Counted from the stretch's first letter, positions 7,861 through 16,265 are shown. The stretch: 64,000 bases of DNA from Polymorphobacter sp. (GCA_044373875.1 JBILPK010000002.1:65-64064); one strand, 5' to 3'. Numbers and translations: made by a program. Notes: generated from the letters alone by a model not told the origin.

Positions 7861-9972
7861 CTAGAACCGCGTCCGCACCGTCATCCGGGCGGCGCGCGGG
7901 CCACCGGTGCTGATGTTGTTGTCGTTGTGCGCGGTCGGGAAATAGCCGGTGTTGAACAGGTTTTCGATATTGATCTGGACATCGACTCCCTTGGCAAGCT
8001 GCACAAACGCCGCGGCATCGACGCGGGTATAGGCTGGCAGCACGACCGTGTTGCTGATCGAGGCAAAGCTGCTGGCCTGGTGGGTGGCGCCCAGCCCCAG
8101 CCCGAAGCTTTTGGTCAGATCATAGCGTGTCCACAATGAAGCCTGGGTGCGCGGCACCAGCGCGACCTTGCGCCCGGCGGGGCCGGCAGTGGTGGCGTTC
8201 AACAGTTCAGCATCCTGCCAGGCAAAGCCGGCGCTGACCTGCCACTGCGGCGTGATCTTGCCATTGGCGGCGAGTTCGAGCCCCTTGCTGCGCTGCTTGC
8301 CGGTCAGCACGACGGTGCCGGCGACCGGCCCGGCGGCGCGCGTGTTGCTGCGATCGAGCTGGTACAGCGCGGCGGTGAGGTTGAGCCCTGGGACCACGTC
8401 CCATTTGGCGCCGATTTCGAAATTGTCGAAGCGTTCGGGCTCCAGTGCCGCCGTCGTCGCGTCGAGCGCGGTGAACTGGTCACCCGATTGCGGCAGGTAC
8501 GAACGGGCGAAGCTGGCATAAAGCGAGGCGTTGGCGGCGGGCTTGACCACCAGCCCGAAGCGCGGCGACCACAGATTGTCGGTGCGCGCCAGCGTGGCGC
8601 CGGTCAGCAGGTTTTCGAAATCGAGGCTGAAACGATCATAGCGCAGCCCGGCGACGATCTCGACATGCGCGCCGATGCTGATCTGGTCCTGAATGAAGCC
8701 GGCGGCGATGTTGGCGCGGCTGTGGTTGCGGCGCAGCGGCGCGCCGAACGCCGGCACCGGCGGGCGGAACGGATCGGCCACCGAAACCGGCGTGCGCAGA
8801 CTGGTGCCGCCGGGCACCACCGCGAAGCTGCCGTTGACGCGGGCGCTGGTGGTGGTCTGGCGGCCGAGTTCGAAGCCGGCGAGCAGGGTATGGTCGATGC
8901 CACCGGTGGCGACTTTCCAGACGAGGTCGGTCTGGGTCAGCAAATTCTCGCGCGCCGTCGCATCGGTATAGGCTTCGACGCCGATGGTGTTGGCGGCGCT
9001 GATCGCGGTGGCGGGGAACAGGTTGCTGTAGAATTTGTCATAGTCGCCATAGCGGCTGCGCTGGCGCAGGGTCAGATTGTCGGTCAGCGCATAATCCAGC
9101 GCCAGCGATACGACATCGGCGTTGAAGGTCGACCGGTTGACAGCGGCCAGCCCGAAGAAGGTATCGCGAAGGCCCGGGGCCGGGCGCCCGGCCAGCGAGG
9201 GGATGCCGCGATCGACGATGCGTTCATCGCTGGCGTGTTCATAGCCGATGACCAGATTGCCCTTGTCACCCAGGGTAAAGCCGAGCGTCGGGTTCACTGC
9301 CCAGCGTTCCATCTCGTACACGTCGCGGTGGTTGGCGCTGTCTTCATAGACGGCGTTCATCCGCGCGCTGATGCCATCGGTGACATCGGCATTCAGGTCG
9401 CCACCCAGCCGCCAGGCACCGAACGTATCGATGCCGGCATCGGCGGCGATGAAGCTGCCGGCCCGGGGGATTTTCGACACCCGGTTGATGACGCCGCCGC
9501 CACCGCCGCGCCCGAAGATCATGGCATTGGGGCCCTTCATGATTTCCAGCCGCTCGATATTGTAGAAATCGCGATAATATTGAACGTCGTCGCGCAGGCC
9601 ATCGACGAAGAAATCGGCGGTCGAGCTGTTGCCGCGCAGGGTCGGCTGGTCACGATGGCCTTCGCCCTGGCCGGTGGTGGCGCCGGGGATATAGCGCAGC
9701 GCATCGGCGATCGACAGGATCGCCTGATCATCGAGCCGGTCGCGCGTCAGGATGTCGACCGTCTGCGGCACATCGAGCAGCGGCGTGTCGGTGCGTGTCG
9801 CGCTGCTGGTCCGCGTCGCGAGATAGCCGGCGTCGCGCGTCGCGGTGACGATGATCATCGCCCCGGCATCGGCGTCGAGTGCTTCATCGGCCAGCGCCGC
9901 GCCAGCGCCGGCAAGGCCGGAAGCGAGCAGCGTCGCGCTGAGCAGAAGGGAAAAACGCCGGGGGCTACGCAT
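7861..9972 (-). CDS. TonB-dependent outer-membrane receptor (siderophore-receptor-like)
   Basis: Signal peptide MRSPRRFSLLLSATLLASGLAGAGAALA. Plug motifs: IIVTATRD, DTPLLDVPQTVDILT, MKGPNAMIFGRGGGGGVINRVSK. 22-strand barrel-type C-terminus ending ...RMTVRTRF. Confidence 0.9.
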   Translation of the reverse strand: MRSPRRFSLLLSATLLASGLAGAGAALADEALDADAGAMIIVTATRDAGYLATRTSSATRTDTPLLDVPQTVDILTRDRLDDQAILSIADALRYIPGATTGQGEGHRDQPTLRGNSSTADFFVDGLRDDVQYYRDFYNIERLEIMKGPNAMIFGRGGGGGVINRVSKIPRAGSFIAADAGIDTFGAWRLGGDLNADVTDGISARMNAVYEDSANHRDVYEMERWAVNPTLGFTLGDKGNLVIGYEHASDERIVDRGIPSLAGRPAPGLRDTFFGLAAVNRSTFNADVVSLALDYALTDNLTLRQRSRYGDYDKFYSNLFPATAISAANTIGVEAYTDATARENLLTQTDLVWKVATGGIDHTLLAGFELGRQTTTSARVNGSFAVVPGGTSLRTPVSVADPFRPPVPAFGAPLRRNHSRANIAAGFIQDQISIGAHVEIVAGLRYDRFSLDFENLLTGATLARTDNLWSPRFGLVVKPAANASLYASFARSYLPQSGDQFTALDATTAALEPERFDNFEIGAKWDVVPGLNLTAALYQLDRSNTRAAGPVAGTVVLTGKQRSKGLELAANGKITPQWQVSAGFAWQDAELLNATTAGPAGRKVALVPRTQASLWTRYDLTKSFGLGLGATHQASSFASISNTVVLPAYTRVDAAAFVQLAKGVDVQINIENLFNTGYFPTAHNDNNISTGGPRAARMTVRTRF

Positions 9973-9981
9973 GGCTTAACC

Positions 9982-10025
9982 TGTGAATGACTCTCAATAG
10001 CCATGCTTTTGCGACTTGTTCGCAA
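9982..10025. promoter_or_regulatory. Candidate operator region upstream of the TonB-dependent receptor: weak Fur-box-like sequence plus a 6-5-6 inverted repeat
   Basis: gtgaatgactctcaatagc (9982-10000) matches about 12/19 positions of GATAATGATAATCATTATC by eye. TTGCGA-cttgt-TCGCAA (10009-10025) is a perfect inverted repeat. Both lie 10-55 nt upstream of the ATG at 9972 on the minus strand. Confidence 0.25.
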
Positions 10026-10049
10026 TTGCGTCAAGCGTCTTTGCACAGC

Positions 10050-10078
10050 AAAACGCCGGCCCTTGCGAAAAGGCCGGC
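10050..10078 (-). terminator. Rho-independent-type terminator downstream of the FKBP gene
   Basis: The minus strand reads gccggcc-ttttcgcaag-ggccggc followed by gtttt, i.e. a 7-bp GC stem (extendable) plus a short U-run, 56 nt after the stop. Confidence 0.45.
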
Positions 10079-10133
10079 GATTGGCAGAACAGCAATGAAA
10101 GAGCGCGGAAAAAGCGGCGTTGGCCGCCGCAGA

Positions 10134-10658
10134 TCAGCTCGGGCGGACGGCGAGCAGTTCGATATCGAATTCGAGAACGGCGCCCGGCGGGATGACGCCA
10201 CCGGCACCCTTGGCACCATAGGCGAGCGCCGGCGGCACGACGAAGCGATACTTCGACCCCGTCGGCATCAATTGCACGCCTTCGGTCCAGCCGGGAATGA
10301 CCTGATCGAGCGGGAAGGCGGCCGGCTGGCCGCGCTGGTAGGACGAATCGAACACCGTGCGCGCCGCATCGACGAGCCGGCCTTCGTAATGCACCAGCAC
10401 CGTGTCGGTACGCGCCGGCTTAGGCCCGCTGCCGGCACGAATCACTTCATACTGAAGCCCCGAATCGGTGGTCACCACGCCGGGTTTCTTGCCATTTTCG
10501 GCCATGAATTTCATATCGTCCATGCGCACGGCGGCAACCTGGGTCTGGGTGCCGGCGAACACCGCGATCGCCACGATGATGAGGATGACCGCCGCGGCGA
10601 CCAGCCACCGCATGACGCCGCCCGCTGAATCGGCGGCATTGGGGGTGGCGGTCGACAT
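10134..10658 (-). CDS. FKBP-type peptidyl-prolyl cis-trans isomerase, membrane-anchored
   Basis: N-terminal TM segment WLVAAAVILIIVAIAVFAG. FKBP core: VLVHYEGRLVD..VFDSSYQRGQPAAFPLDQVIPGWTEGVQLMPTGSKYRFVVPPALAYG..GAGGVIPPGAVLEFDIELL. Confidence 0.9.
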   Translation of the reverse strand: MSTATPNAADSAGGVMRWLVAAAVILIIVAIAVFAGTQTQVAAVRMDDMKFMAENGKKPGVVTTDSGLQYEVIRAGSGPKPARTDTVLVHYEGRLVDAARTVFDSSYQRGQPAAFPLDQVIPGWTEGVQLMPTGSKYRFVVPPALAYGAKGAGGVIPPGAVLEFDIELLAVRPS

Positions 10659-10682
10659 GGCGATACCCTTTTTGGTCTGGTT

Positions 10683-10889
10683 CTACTTCACGCCATCGCG
10701 CTCGGCGCGCTTGCGCTCGAGCTTGCGGGCGCGGCGGACGGCGGCGGCCTTTTCACGGGCACGCTTTTCGGACGGCTTTTCATAGTGACGGCGCAGCTTC
10801 ATTTCGCGGTAGACGCCTTCGCGCTGCAGCTTCTTCTTGAGCGCGCGCAGCGCCTGATCGACATTGTTGTCGCGAACCACGATTTGCAT
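10683..10889 (-). CDS. rpsU: 30S ribosomal protein S21
   Basis: [57 protein letters not shown] placed the start at the internal ATG (10889), which gives the canonical S21 N-terminus. Confidence 0.95.
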   Translation of the reverse strand: MQIVVRDNNVDQALRALKKKLQREGVYREMKLRRHYEKPSEKRAREKAAAVRRARKLERKRAERDGVK

Positions 10890-11099
10890 GCAGCCGTACT
10901 CTCCATTCACGTCGAGGGGGCTGGCACAGCGCCCTCGCTTGTCAAAGACTCATTGAACCCGGCGGGCAGCCCACCGGAGCGAGCGGCGCGCATAGCAGAG
11001 GGTGGCGCAGGAAACAAGCGCAGCAAGTCGGCGCCGCCTCCGGGCATGCGGCAAGCGGCGGCTTCCTTTGCCGGTATCGCGGGGTTATCTCTTATCGTG

Positions 11100-12917
11100 A
11101 TGCAGAATTTTACCGATTTCGGCGCGCTCGAGCCATGGCTAGCAGCCCCGGACCAGGTGCTGACGCAATTGCGCGACGACCAACCGGGCGGGGAACCGGC
11201 ACTGATGGTGCAGGCCGCCGCTGCCGGGGCCGGGCCGGCCTTTCCGCTGTTTCGCGCCGGCAGCCTGATCGCGGCCCTCTATGCGGCCGACGGGCGGTTG
11301 ATCGCGCCGACGCCCGGTCCTGATCGGGCGCCGGACCCCGATCTGATCGCCGCGGTGGCGCGGACGCGGACCGCCCGCGTCGTTTCGGGCACGACGCCTG
11401 CGGGGAATCCGTCGATCCTGGTCTATGCGCCGGCCGCCATGACGGCAGGCTGGCAGCTGCCGGCGGTCGTGCGCGAGGCGATCGCGCCGGCCGGCGCCGA
11501 AGCCGTGGTCATGCTGACCAGCGAGGGCAGCATCGGCGGGCCGCTGCTCGATGATGCGACGCGCGCCTTCGGGTTTTCCGGCCTTGAAACCCGGGTGGTG
11601 ATCGCGACGATCGAAACCGGATCGATCCGCAAGGCCGCGGCCCGGCAGGACATTGCCTATCAGACCGCACGCGAAGCCGTGGCCGGGGCGATGCGGCGCG
11701 CCGGGGTCACCCGGCTGCCGGCGCTGGTGACCTTGCTGGCGGAAGTCGGCTTCGGCGTGCTGCCCGAGGGCGGCGATGATGGCAGCCTGCTCGCCGATGC
11801 CTGGGGAATTTCGCCGCGCCAGGCGATGCTGGGGATGCTGGTGGCGAGCGGGCTCGACCGCAGCGAGGCGGCGCGGGCGTCGGGTCTGTCCGAGGCGGTG
11901 GCGAAGAAGGAGATCGAGCGGCTCTATCTGGCGCTGGGGGTGGGCAGTGCCGCAGCGCTCGCCAGGCTGATTGCCGAAGCCAACGCCATGGAGTGGATGA
12001 TGCGCGCCACCGCCGGCAGCATGGGGGTGTTCGAAAGCGCCCGCGAACCGTTGCGCTATGCCCTGCGCGATGATGGCAGCCGGGTGGCATGGAGCGACTA
12101 TGGCCCGGCGAGCGGCCGGCCGGTGCTGGTCGTGCATTGCAGCATGACGACCCGCTTCGTCAGCCGCCGGCTGGTGCGCGCGCTGCAGGCCCGCGGCTTC
12201 CGGCCGATCGCGATCGACCGGCCGGGTTTCGGGCTGACCGATCCGCTGGCGGGGCGGCAACCCGGCCAGCACGATCCCTTCGAGGCCGCGGTCGGCGATG
12301 TGGTGCTGGTGGCGCGCCAGGCGCGGGTGCGCCGCTTCGATATCGTGTCACGCGGCGCGGCGCATCACCTGCTGGCGCTGCACCGGGCGGCACCCGATCT
12401 TGTCGGCCGGGTGGTGATCACCAACCCCGATCCGGCGTCGCGCTCCGATCCCCGCCGGGTCGGCTTCCTGGGGGCGGCGAAGGAAGCGGCGATGCGGCGG
12501 CCGGGGCTGATCCGCGCCGCGGCGGGCGTGATGACCGGCGTGCTGAACGAAACGAACTTCAAGCGCATCTTTGCGCGCTCGGTGGAGGGCAGCCCGCCCG
12601 ACGAGGCGGCGATGGCCGAACCCGATATCGTCGAGGATTACTGGCGCGCGGTGCGCCCCTTCCTGACCGGGCGGCTCGATGGCTATGTCAACGAACAGAT
12701 GCAGCTCGCCACCATGGCCCCGGCGGCGCCGCACCCGGGAACGCACGGCTGGCGTTTCATGGTCGCCGAACATGACGTGCTCTACGATCCGGCCTGGGTG
12801 ATGGCCTATTGGCAGCGGGTGCTGCCCGATGCCACCGCTGAACTGCTCCCCGGCGGCGGGCGGCTGATGGTCATGGCTCAGGCCGACCTGATCGTCGACC
12901 GGCTGCTTTCCGTCTGA
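11100..12917 (+). CDS. Fusion protein: unknown N-terminal region, two LuxR/GerE-type HTH units, C-terminal alpha/beta-hydrolase fold
   Basis: HTH1: LSGLETRVVIATIETGSIRKAAARQDIAYQTAREAVAGAMRRAGV. HTH2: ISPRQAMLGMLVASGLDRSEAARASGLSEAVAKKEIERLYLALGV. Hydrolase fold: RVAWSDYGPASGRPVLVVHCSMT...RPIAIDRPGFGLTD...RRFDIVSRGAAHHLLAL. Start chosen at ATG 11100; ATG 11046 is an alternative. The longer tracked ORF from 10785 overlaps rpsU. Confidence 0.7.
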   Translation: MQNFTDFGALEPWLAAPDQVLTQLRDDQPGGEPALMVQAAAAGAGPAFPLFRAGSLIAALYAADGRLIAPTPGPDRAPDPDLIAAVARTRTARVVSGTTPAGNPSILVYAPAAMTAGWQLPAVVREAIAPAGAEAVVMLTSEGSIGGPLLDDATRAFGFSGLETRVVIATIETGSIRKAAARQDIAYQTAREAVAGAMRRAGVTRLPALVTLLAEVGFGVLPEGGDDGSLLADAWGISPRQAMLGMLVASGLDRSEAARASGLSEAVAKKEIERLYLALGVGSAAALARLIAEANAMEWMMRATAGSMGVFESAREPLRYALRDDGSRVAWSDYGPASGRPVLVVHCSMTTRFVSRRLVRALQARGFRPIAIDRPGFGLTDPLAGRQPGQHDPFEAAVGDVVLVARQARVRRFDIVSRGAAHHLLALHRAAPDLVGRVVITNPDPASRSDPRRVGFLGAAKEAAMRRPGLIRAAAGVMTGVLNETNFKRIFARSVEGSPPDEAAMAEPDIVEDYWRAVRPFLTGRLDGYVNEQMQLATMAPAAPHPGTHGWRFMVAEHDVLYDPAWVMAYWQRVLPDATAELLPGGGRLMVMAQADLIVDRLLSV

Positions 12918-12990
12918 ACGACACCCTACAATAGGCGATGGGCGGTGCGTCGGGCACGGTCTAGCTCTTCCCCGGTTTGGGGAGACCGTG

Positions 12991-13728
12991 ATGATGCGCA
13001 CTCTTGTGATGAAGGCCGGCGCCTGGTGGAGCGACGCCGGACAGGGCGAACGTGCCATCGTGAAACGACAGGTGACGGTCGCCGTCATGATCGCCCTGAT
13101 GGCAGCGATGTTGCCGGCGGGGCGGGCGCGGGCGGCGACGATCACCTTCGACAACGCCGGCACCCCGGGCATCTTCCTCGGCCAGGATTGCTGCGACGCC
13201 GCCGGCCTCGACCTGTCGTTCCGGGGTGTCGCCAGCATCGGCAACGGGGCCACGACATTGCCCAGCCTGACTTTCTGGCGGTCGGGGGTTGCCGGCTATA
13301 GCTATGGCGATCTTGGCGATGTCGCCTATGTCGGCGTCGGCGCCGCAGCTGGCGAAATCCGCTTCGACGTTCTGGGGTCGAACCGGCTTACCCTCAATTC
13401 GATCGATTTCGGCAGCGCCCAGAATGTCGCGCGGGCCAGCCAGGTCAATGTTTTCGACCTGTCGTTCAACCTGCTGTTTTCAAGCAGCTTCACCGTGCCG
13501 GCCGCCGGCCATGCGACGATCATGCTCGGCGGCCTGTCGAACACCGCAGGGCTGATCCTGCAATTCGGACCCGATGGCTATGAAGTCGCCATCGACAATA
13601 TCGGCTATGATCTCGGCCCGGTGACGGCCGGCGTTCCCGAACCCGCGAGCTGGGCGCTGCTGATCACCGGCTTCGGGCTGGTGGCCGCGGCGGCGCGGCG
13701 GCGGCGGTTGGCCAGCGTCGCGGGCTGA
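12991..13728 (+). CDS. PEP-CTERM (PEPxxWA-type) sorting-domain protein, secreted/cell-surface
   Basis: C-terminus VPEPASWALLITGFGLVAAAARRRRLA, i.e. PEP motif, then TM helix, then Arg cluster. The internal signal-peptide-like VTVAVMIALMAAMLPAGRARA-ATITF suggests the true start may be GTG 13060. ATG 12991 is preceded by GGGGAG. Confidence 0.8.
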   Translation: MMRTLVMKAGAWWSDAGQGERAIVKRQVTVAVMIALMAAMLPAGRARAATITFDNAGTPGIFLGQDCCDAAGLDLSFRGVASIGNGATTLPSLTFWRSGVAGYSYGDLGDVAYVGVGAAAGEIRFDVLGSNRLTLNSIDFGSAQNVARASQVNVFDLSFNLLFSSSFTVPAAGHATIMLGGLSNTAGLILQFGPDGYEVAIDNIGYDLGPVTAGVPEPASWALLITGFGLVAAAARRRRLASVAG

Positions 13729-13742
13729 ACGACCGGTCCCAC

Positions 13743-14390
13743 CTAGACGATCCCCGCCGCCCGTGCCCTGACCGCCGCATCGGTGCGGTTGGTGGCGCCG
13801 AGCGCGTTCATCACCTGCGTGACATGTGATTTCACCGTCGCCGGCGCCACCCCCAGGGTGCGGGCGATATCCTTGTTCGACAGGCCGCGCGCCAGCAGCG
13901 CGACGACTTCGACCTGGCGCGGTGACAGCGCGGCGGCGAGTGCCGGGCCCGGCGGCGATGCCGCCATTTCCGCCAACCGCGGCGATGCCGCCATTTCTGC
14001 CAACCGCGGCGGCAGGTAGCGCCCGCCGGCGAGCACGAGCTCGATCGCCGCGGCGATGACCGCCAGGGTCGCGGTCTTGGGCACGAAGCCGGCGATGCCC
14101 AGCGCCAGCAGATCGAGTAGCAGTGCATCATCGCCCGATCCGGTAACGATGATCAGCGGTGTGGCGGGTGCCGCCGCCCGCAGCGCGGCGATGCCGTCGC
14201 GCGGCGTCGCCCCCGGCATGTCGAGATCGACCAGCGCCAGGTCGACGCCGCCGATCGCCCCCAGCGCCGCGGGATAATCTTCGGCGAGCGTGATTCCCAT
14301 GGCCGGCCAGCGCGCCGCCACGGCGGCGTGCAGCGCCTGCGCCACCAGCGGGTGGTCATCGCAGATCAGGCAATGCCGGGGGTCACCCAT
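13743..14390 (-). CDS. Two-component response regulator, NarL/FixJ (LuxR-type HTH) family
   Basis: Receiver: CLICDDHPLV...DLALVDLDMPG...PLIIVTGSGDD. Output: LSPRQVEVVALLARGLSNKDIARTLGVAPATVKSHVTQVMNALGATNRTDA. Confidence 0.9.
   Translation of the reverse strand: MGDPRHCLICDDHPLVAQALHAAVAARWPAMGITLAEDYPAALGAIGGVDLALVDLDMPGATPRDGIAALRAAAPATPLIIVTGSGDDALLLDLLALGIAGFVPKTATLAVIAAAIELVLAGGRYLPPRLAEMAASPRLAEMAASPPGPALAAALSPRQVEVVALLARGLSNKDIARTLGVAPATVKSHVTQVMNALGATNRTDAAVRARAAGIV
13954..14007. repeat. Tandem 2 x 27-bp in-frame duplication inside the response-regulator linker
   Basis: ggcgatgccgccatttccgccaaccgc (13954-13980) is followed by ggcgatgccgccatttctgccaaccgc (13981-14007). The single difference is synonymous. 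The duplication encodes RLAEMAASP-RLAEMAASP on the minus strand. Confidence 0.9.
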
Positions 14391-14396
14391 ACAGCG

Positions 14397-15704
14397 CTAT
14401 TCGGCCGCCAGTGCCAGCGCCGGTACCGCCGCCAGCGGCAGGCGCAGCACAAAGGCCGCCCCGCCGCGCCAGCGCGGATCGAGCGCGGCGCTGCCGCCCA
14501 TCAGCTCGCATTGCCGGCGCACCGATGCCAGCCCCAGCCCGAAACCGGCGGTATCGGAATCGGAGCCTTGCGCAAAATCATCGAATAGCCGCGGCACATC
14601 GCCCGCCGCCACGCCGTGGCCATCGTCGATCACCCAGATTTCGGCGTGGTCGCCGCGCCGCCGCGCCGCGAGCAGTACGCGTTCGCCGCGCGCATGGCGA
14701 ACGGCATTGCCGACGAGATTGCCCAGCGATCGGCGCAGCAGATCGGCATCGGCGGTCACCCACAGCCGGCTGGCGACCGGGCGCAGCACCATGCCCGCGG
14801 CGCGCGCGGCGGCGCCATGTTCCAGTACCGCCCGCGCCAGCATCGCGCCAAGATCGACCGGCGCCAGCCGGGCGCGCACGGCGCCCGCCTCCAGCCGCAG
14901 ATGATCGAGCATCGCGGCGAGCAGTGCCTGGGTCGATTCGAACGCCATATGGGCGCCGGCAATGGCGCGCTGGCGCTCGATTCCGTCGGGCATCGCGATC
15001 GCCACGTCGAAGAACAGGCTGGCGGCATGGATCGGCTGCTGCAGATCATGGCTGGCCGCCGCGATGAAACGCGTCTTGGCATCGCGCTGCGCCGTGGCGG
15101 CGGCCAGGGCCTTGTGCGCGGTCGCCTCGGCGCGCTCGCTCGCCACTTGCGCCGCGGTTGCCGCTACCGCCGCCTGCCGCACCTGGCGACGAAAACCCAG
15201 CATGGTCAGGCCGATCATCACCACGAACAGGGCCAGCACGGCGCTGTAGGGGCCACCCTTCCACAGCGCGAAGCCGGCGTTCGACACGGTCAGCAGCACG
15301 ACTTCGCGCACCGGCATCGGCACGCCGCTGTTGCTCGTCATGATCGTCGTGGCGACATACCAGACATACAGCAGCGTGGTGACATATTGCAGCTCGGCAT
15401 CGGCGCCGGGCAGCAGCACCCAGGGGCAGGCGGCAATGCCGAAATTGAGCGCCGATTGCACCCACAGCCCGGGCTTGGTCCAGCGCGCCACGGTTTCGGC
15501 ATCATCGGGGCGGCGGTGATAGAACAACAGCATGGCGCCGGCCCAGAAGGCGATCGCCCCCCACATCCACGCCAGCCAGGCGGTGAGCAGCCACGCCGGA
15601 TCGACCAATGCGGCAAAGCGCCAACGCACGAAGACCAGCACCCCGGCCATGATCGCCATGCCGCCGATGCTCATCTTCGCCCCGGCGCGCACTTCGATGG
15701 CCAT
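14397..15704 (-). CDS. Sensor histidine kinase with a polytopic membrane-embedded N-terminal sensor region
   Basis: About 6 predicted TM helices: MAIMAGVLVFVRW, WLLTAWLAWMWGAIAFWAGAMLLF, and others. H-box: FIAAASHDLQQP. ATPase: NLVGNAVRHA..., VIDDGHGV, GFGLGLA. The stop lies 6 nt before the regulator start. Start is uncertain: the tracked ORF begins at TTG 15839. I prefer ATG 15704 because the extra 45 aa are low-complexity and cover a palindromic regulatory region. Confidence 0.8.
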   Translation of the reverse strand: MAIEVRAGAKMSIGGMAIMAGVLVFVRWRFAALVDPAWLLTAWLAWMWGAIAFWAGAMLLFYHRRPDDAETVARWTKPGLWVQSALNFGIAACPWVLLPGADAELQYVTTLLYVWYVATTIMTSNSGVPMPVREVVLLTVSNAGFALWKGGPYSAVLALFVVMIGLTMLGFRRQVRQAAVAATAAQVASERAEATAHKALAAATAQRDAKTRFIAAASHDLQQPIHAASLFFDVAIAMPDGIERQRAIAGAHMAFESTQALLAAMLDHLRLEAGAVRARLAPVDLGAMLARAVLEHGAAARAAGMVLRPVASRLWVTADADLLRRSLGNLVGNAVRHARGERVLLAARRRGDHAEIWVIDDGHGVAAGDVPRLFDDFAQGSDSDTAGFGLGLASVRRQCELMGGSAALDPRWRGGAAFVLRLPLAAVPALALAAE

Positions 15705-15785
15705 CGCGGCAAGGCGTTCCGGGTCGTCGGCGCGCGGCTGGCCGGCTGCATCGCCACTTTTGCCAACGCTGGCGTTACTCAACGC

Positions 15786-15832
15786 ACTATCCCCCAACTG
15801 GCCCACCGCCAGTCCCCCAATTGGGGGATAGT
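15786..15832. promoter_or_regulatory. Candidate operator: perfect 12-bp inverted repeat with a nested 14-bp palindrome, in the divergent kinase / small-ORF control region
   Basis: ACTATCCCCCAA (15786-15797) and TTGGGGGATAGT (15821-15832) are exact reverse complements. CCCCCAATTGGGGG (14 nt, spanning about 15814-15827) is a perfect palindrome. An AT-rich tract gaaatttaatcaagttaaac follows at 15846-15865. Confidence 0.35.
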
Positions 15833-15936
15833 CTGCCAAGTTGCGGAAATTTAATCAAGTTAAACGGCCCCGGCATGTTCGGGTCGGTATCGCATCGGAA
15901 CGGCCGGAATCTGGTGAAATCTAAGGGAACAGCTCG

Positions 15937-16116
15937 GTGAAAATCCGCATTTCCAGTATCGTTGCCGGATACGGGCTCGCGGTAACGGCGGCGCTGCTGC
16001 CCGGCGAAATCGCGCTTGTGTCCGACCCCGGCAAAACCACGCTGCTGATTACCGGCGTCATGCTGACAGCCATTGCCATTGGACGGCGCCGCCGCTTCGC
16101 ATTGGTAGCCGCCTGA
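15937..16116 (+). CDS. Untracked 59-aa small ORF with an N-terminal hydrophobic segment and a PEP-CTERM-like C-terminal tail
   Basis: GTG at 15937 is preceded by AAGGGAA 8 nt upstream. Translation: VKIRISSIVAGYGLAVTAALLPGEIALVSDPGKTTLLITGVMLTAIAIGRRRRFALVAA. The tail SDPGKTTLLITGVMLTAIAIGRRRR parallels PEPASWALLITGFGLVAAAARRRR of the neighbouring PEP-CTERM protein. At 59 aa it falls just below the ORF-track length cutoff. Confidence 0.4.
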   Translation: MKIRISSIVAGYGLAVTAALLPGEIALVSDPGKTTLLITGVMLTAIAIGRRRRFALVAA

Positions 16117-16265
16117 TGCCGATGCGGACCTCTGTGTTTCTCGCAGCGGTGTTCATCGCCGTGCTCAGCCTGCTGGCGTTGCCGACCCTGGGCTAGCGCT
16201 GCGGCGAAAACGCGCCTGCCGCGGGGTGGCTTTTACGCCGGCGCCGCAGCGGCTATGCTTGTGCC

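Noticed and set aside
10940-10945. Perfect TTGACA -35 hexamer (minus strand) upstream of rpsU as a promoter call
   Set aside because: No acceptable -10 element is found at 16-19 nt spacing (agcccc/gccccc). A single hexamer is insufficient evidence.
10785-11099. N-terminal 105-aa extension of the LuxR/hydrolase ORF
   Set aside because: It would overlap the rpsU coding sequence on the opposite strand and its promoter region. The extension has no motif content, and internal ATG codons at 11046 and 11100 are more plausible.
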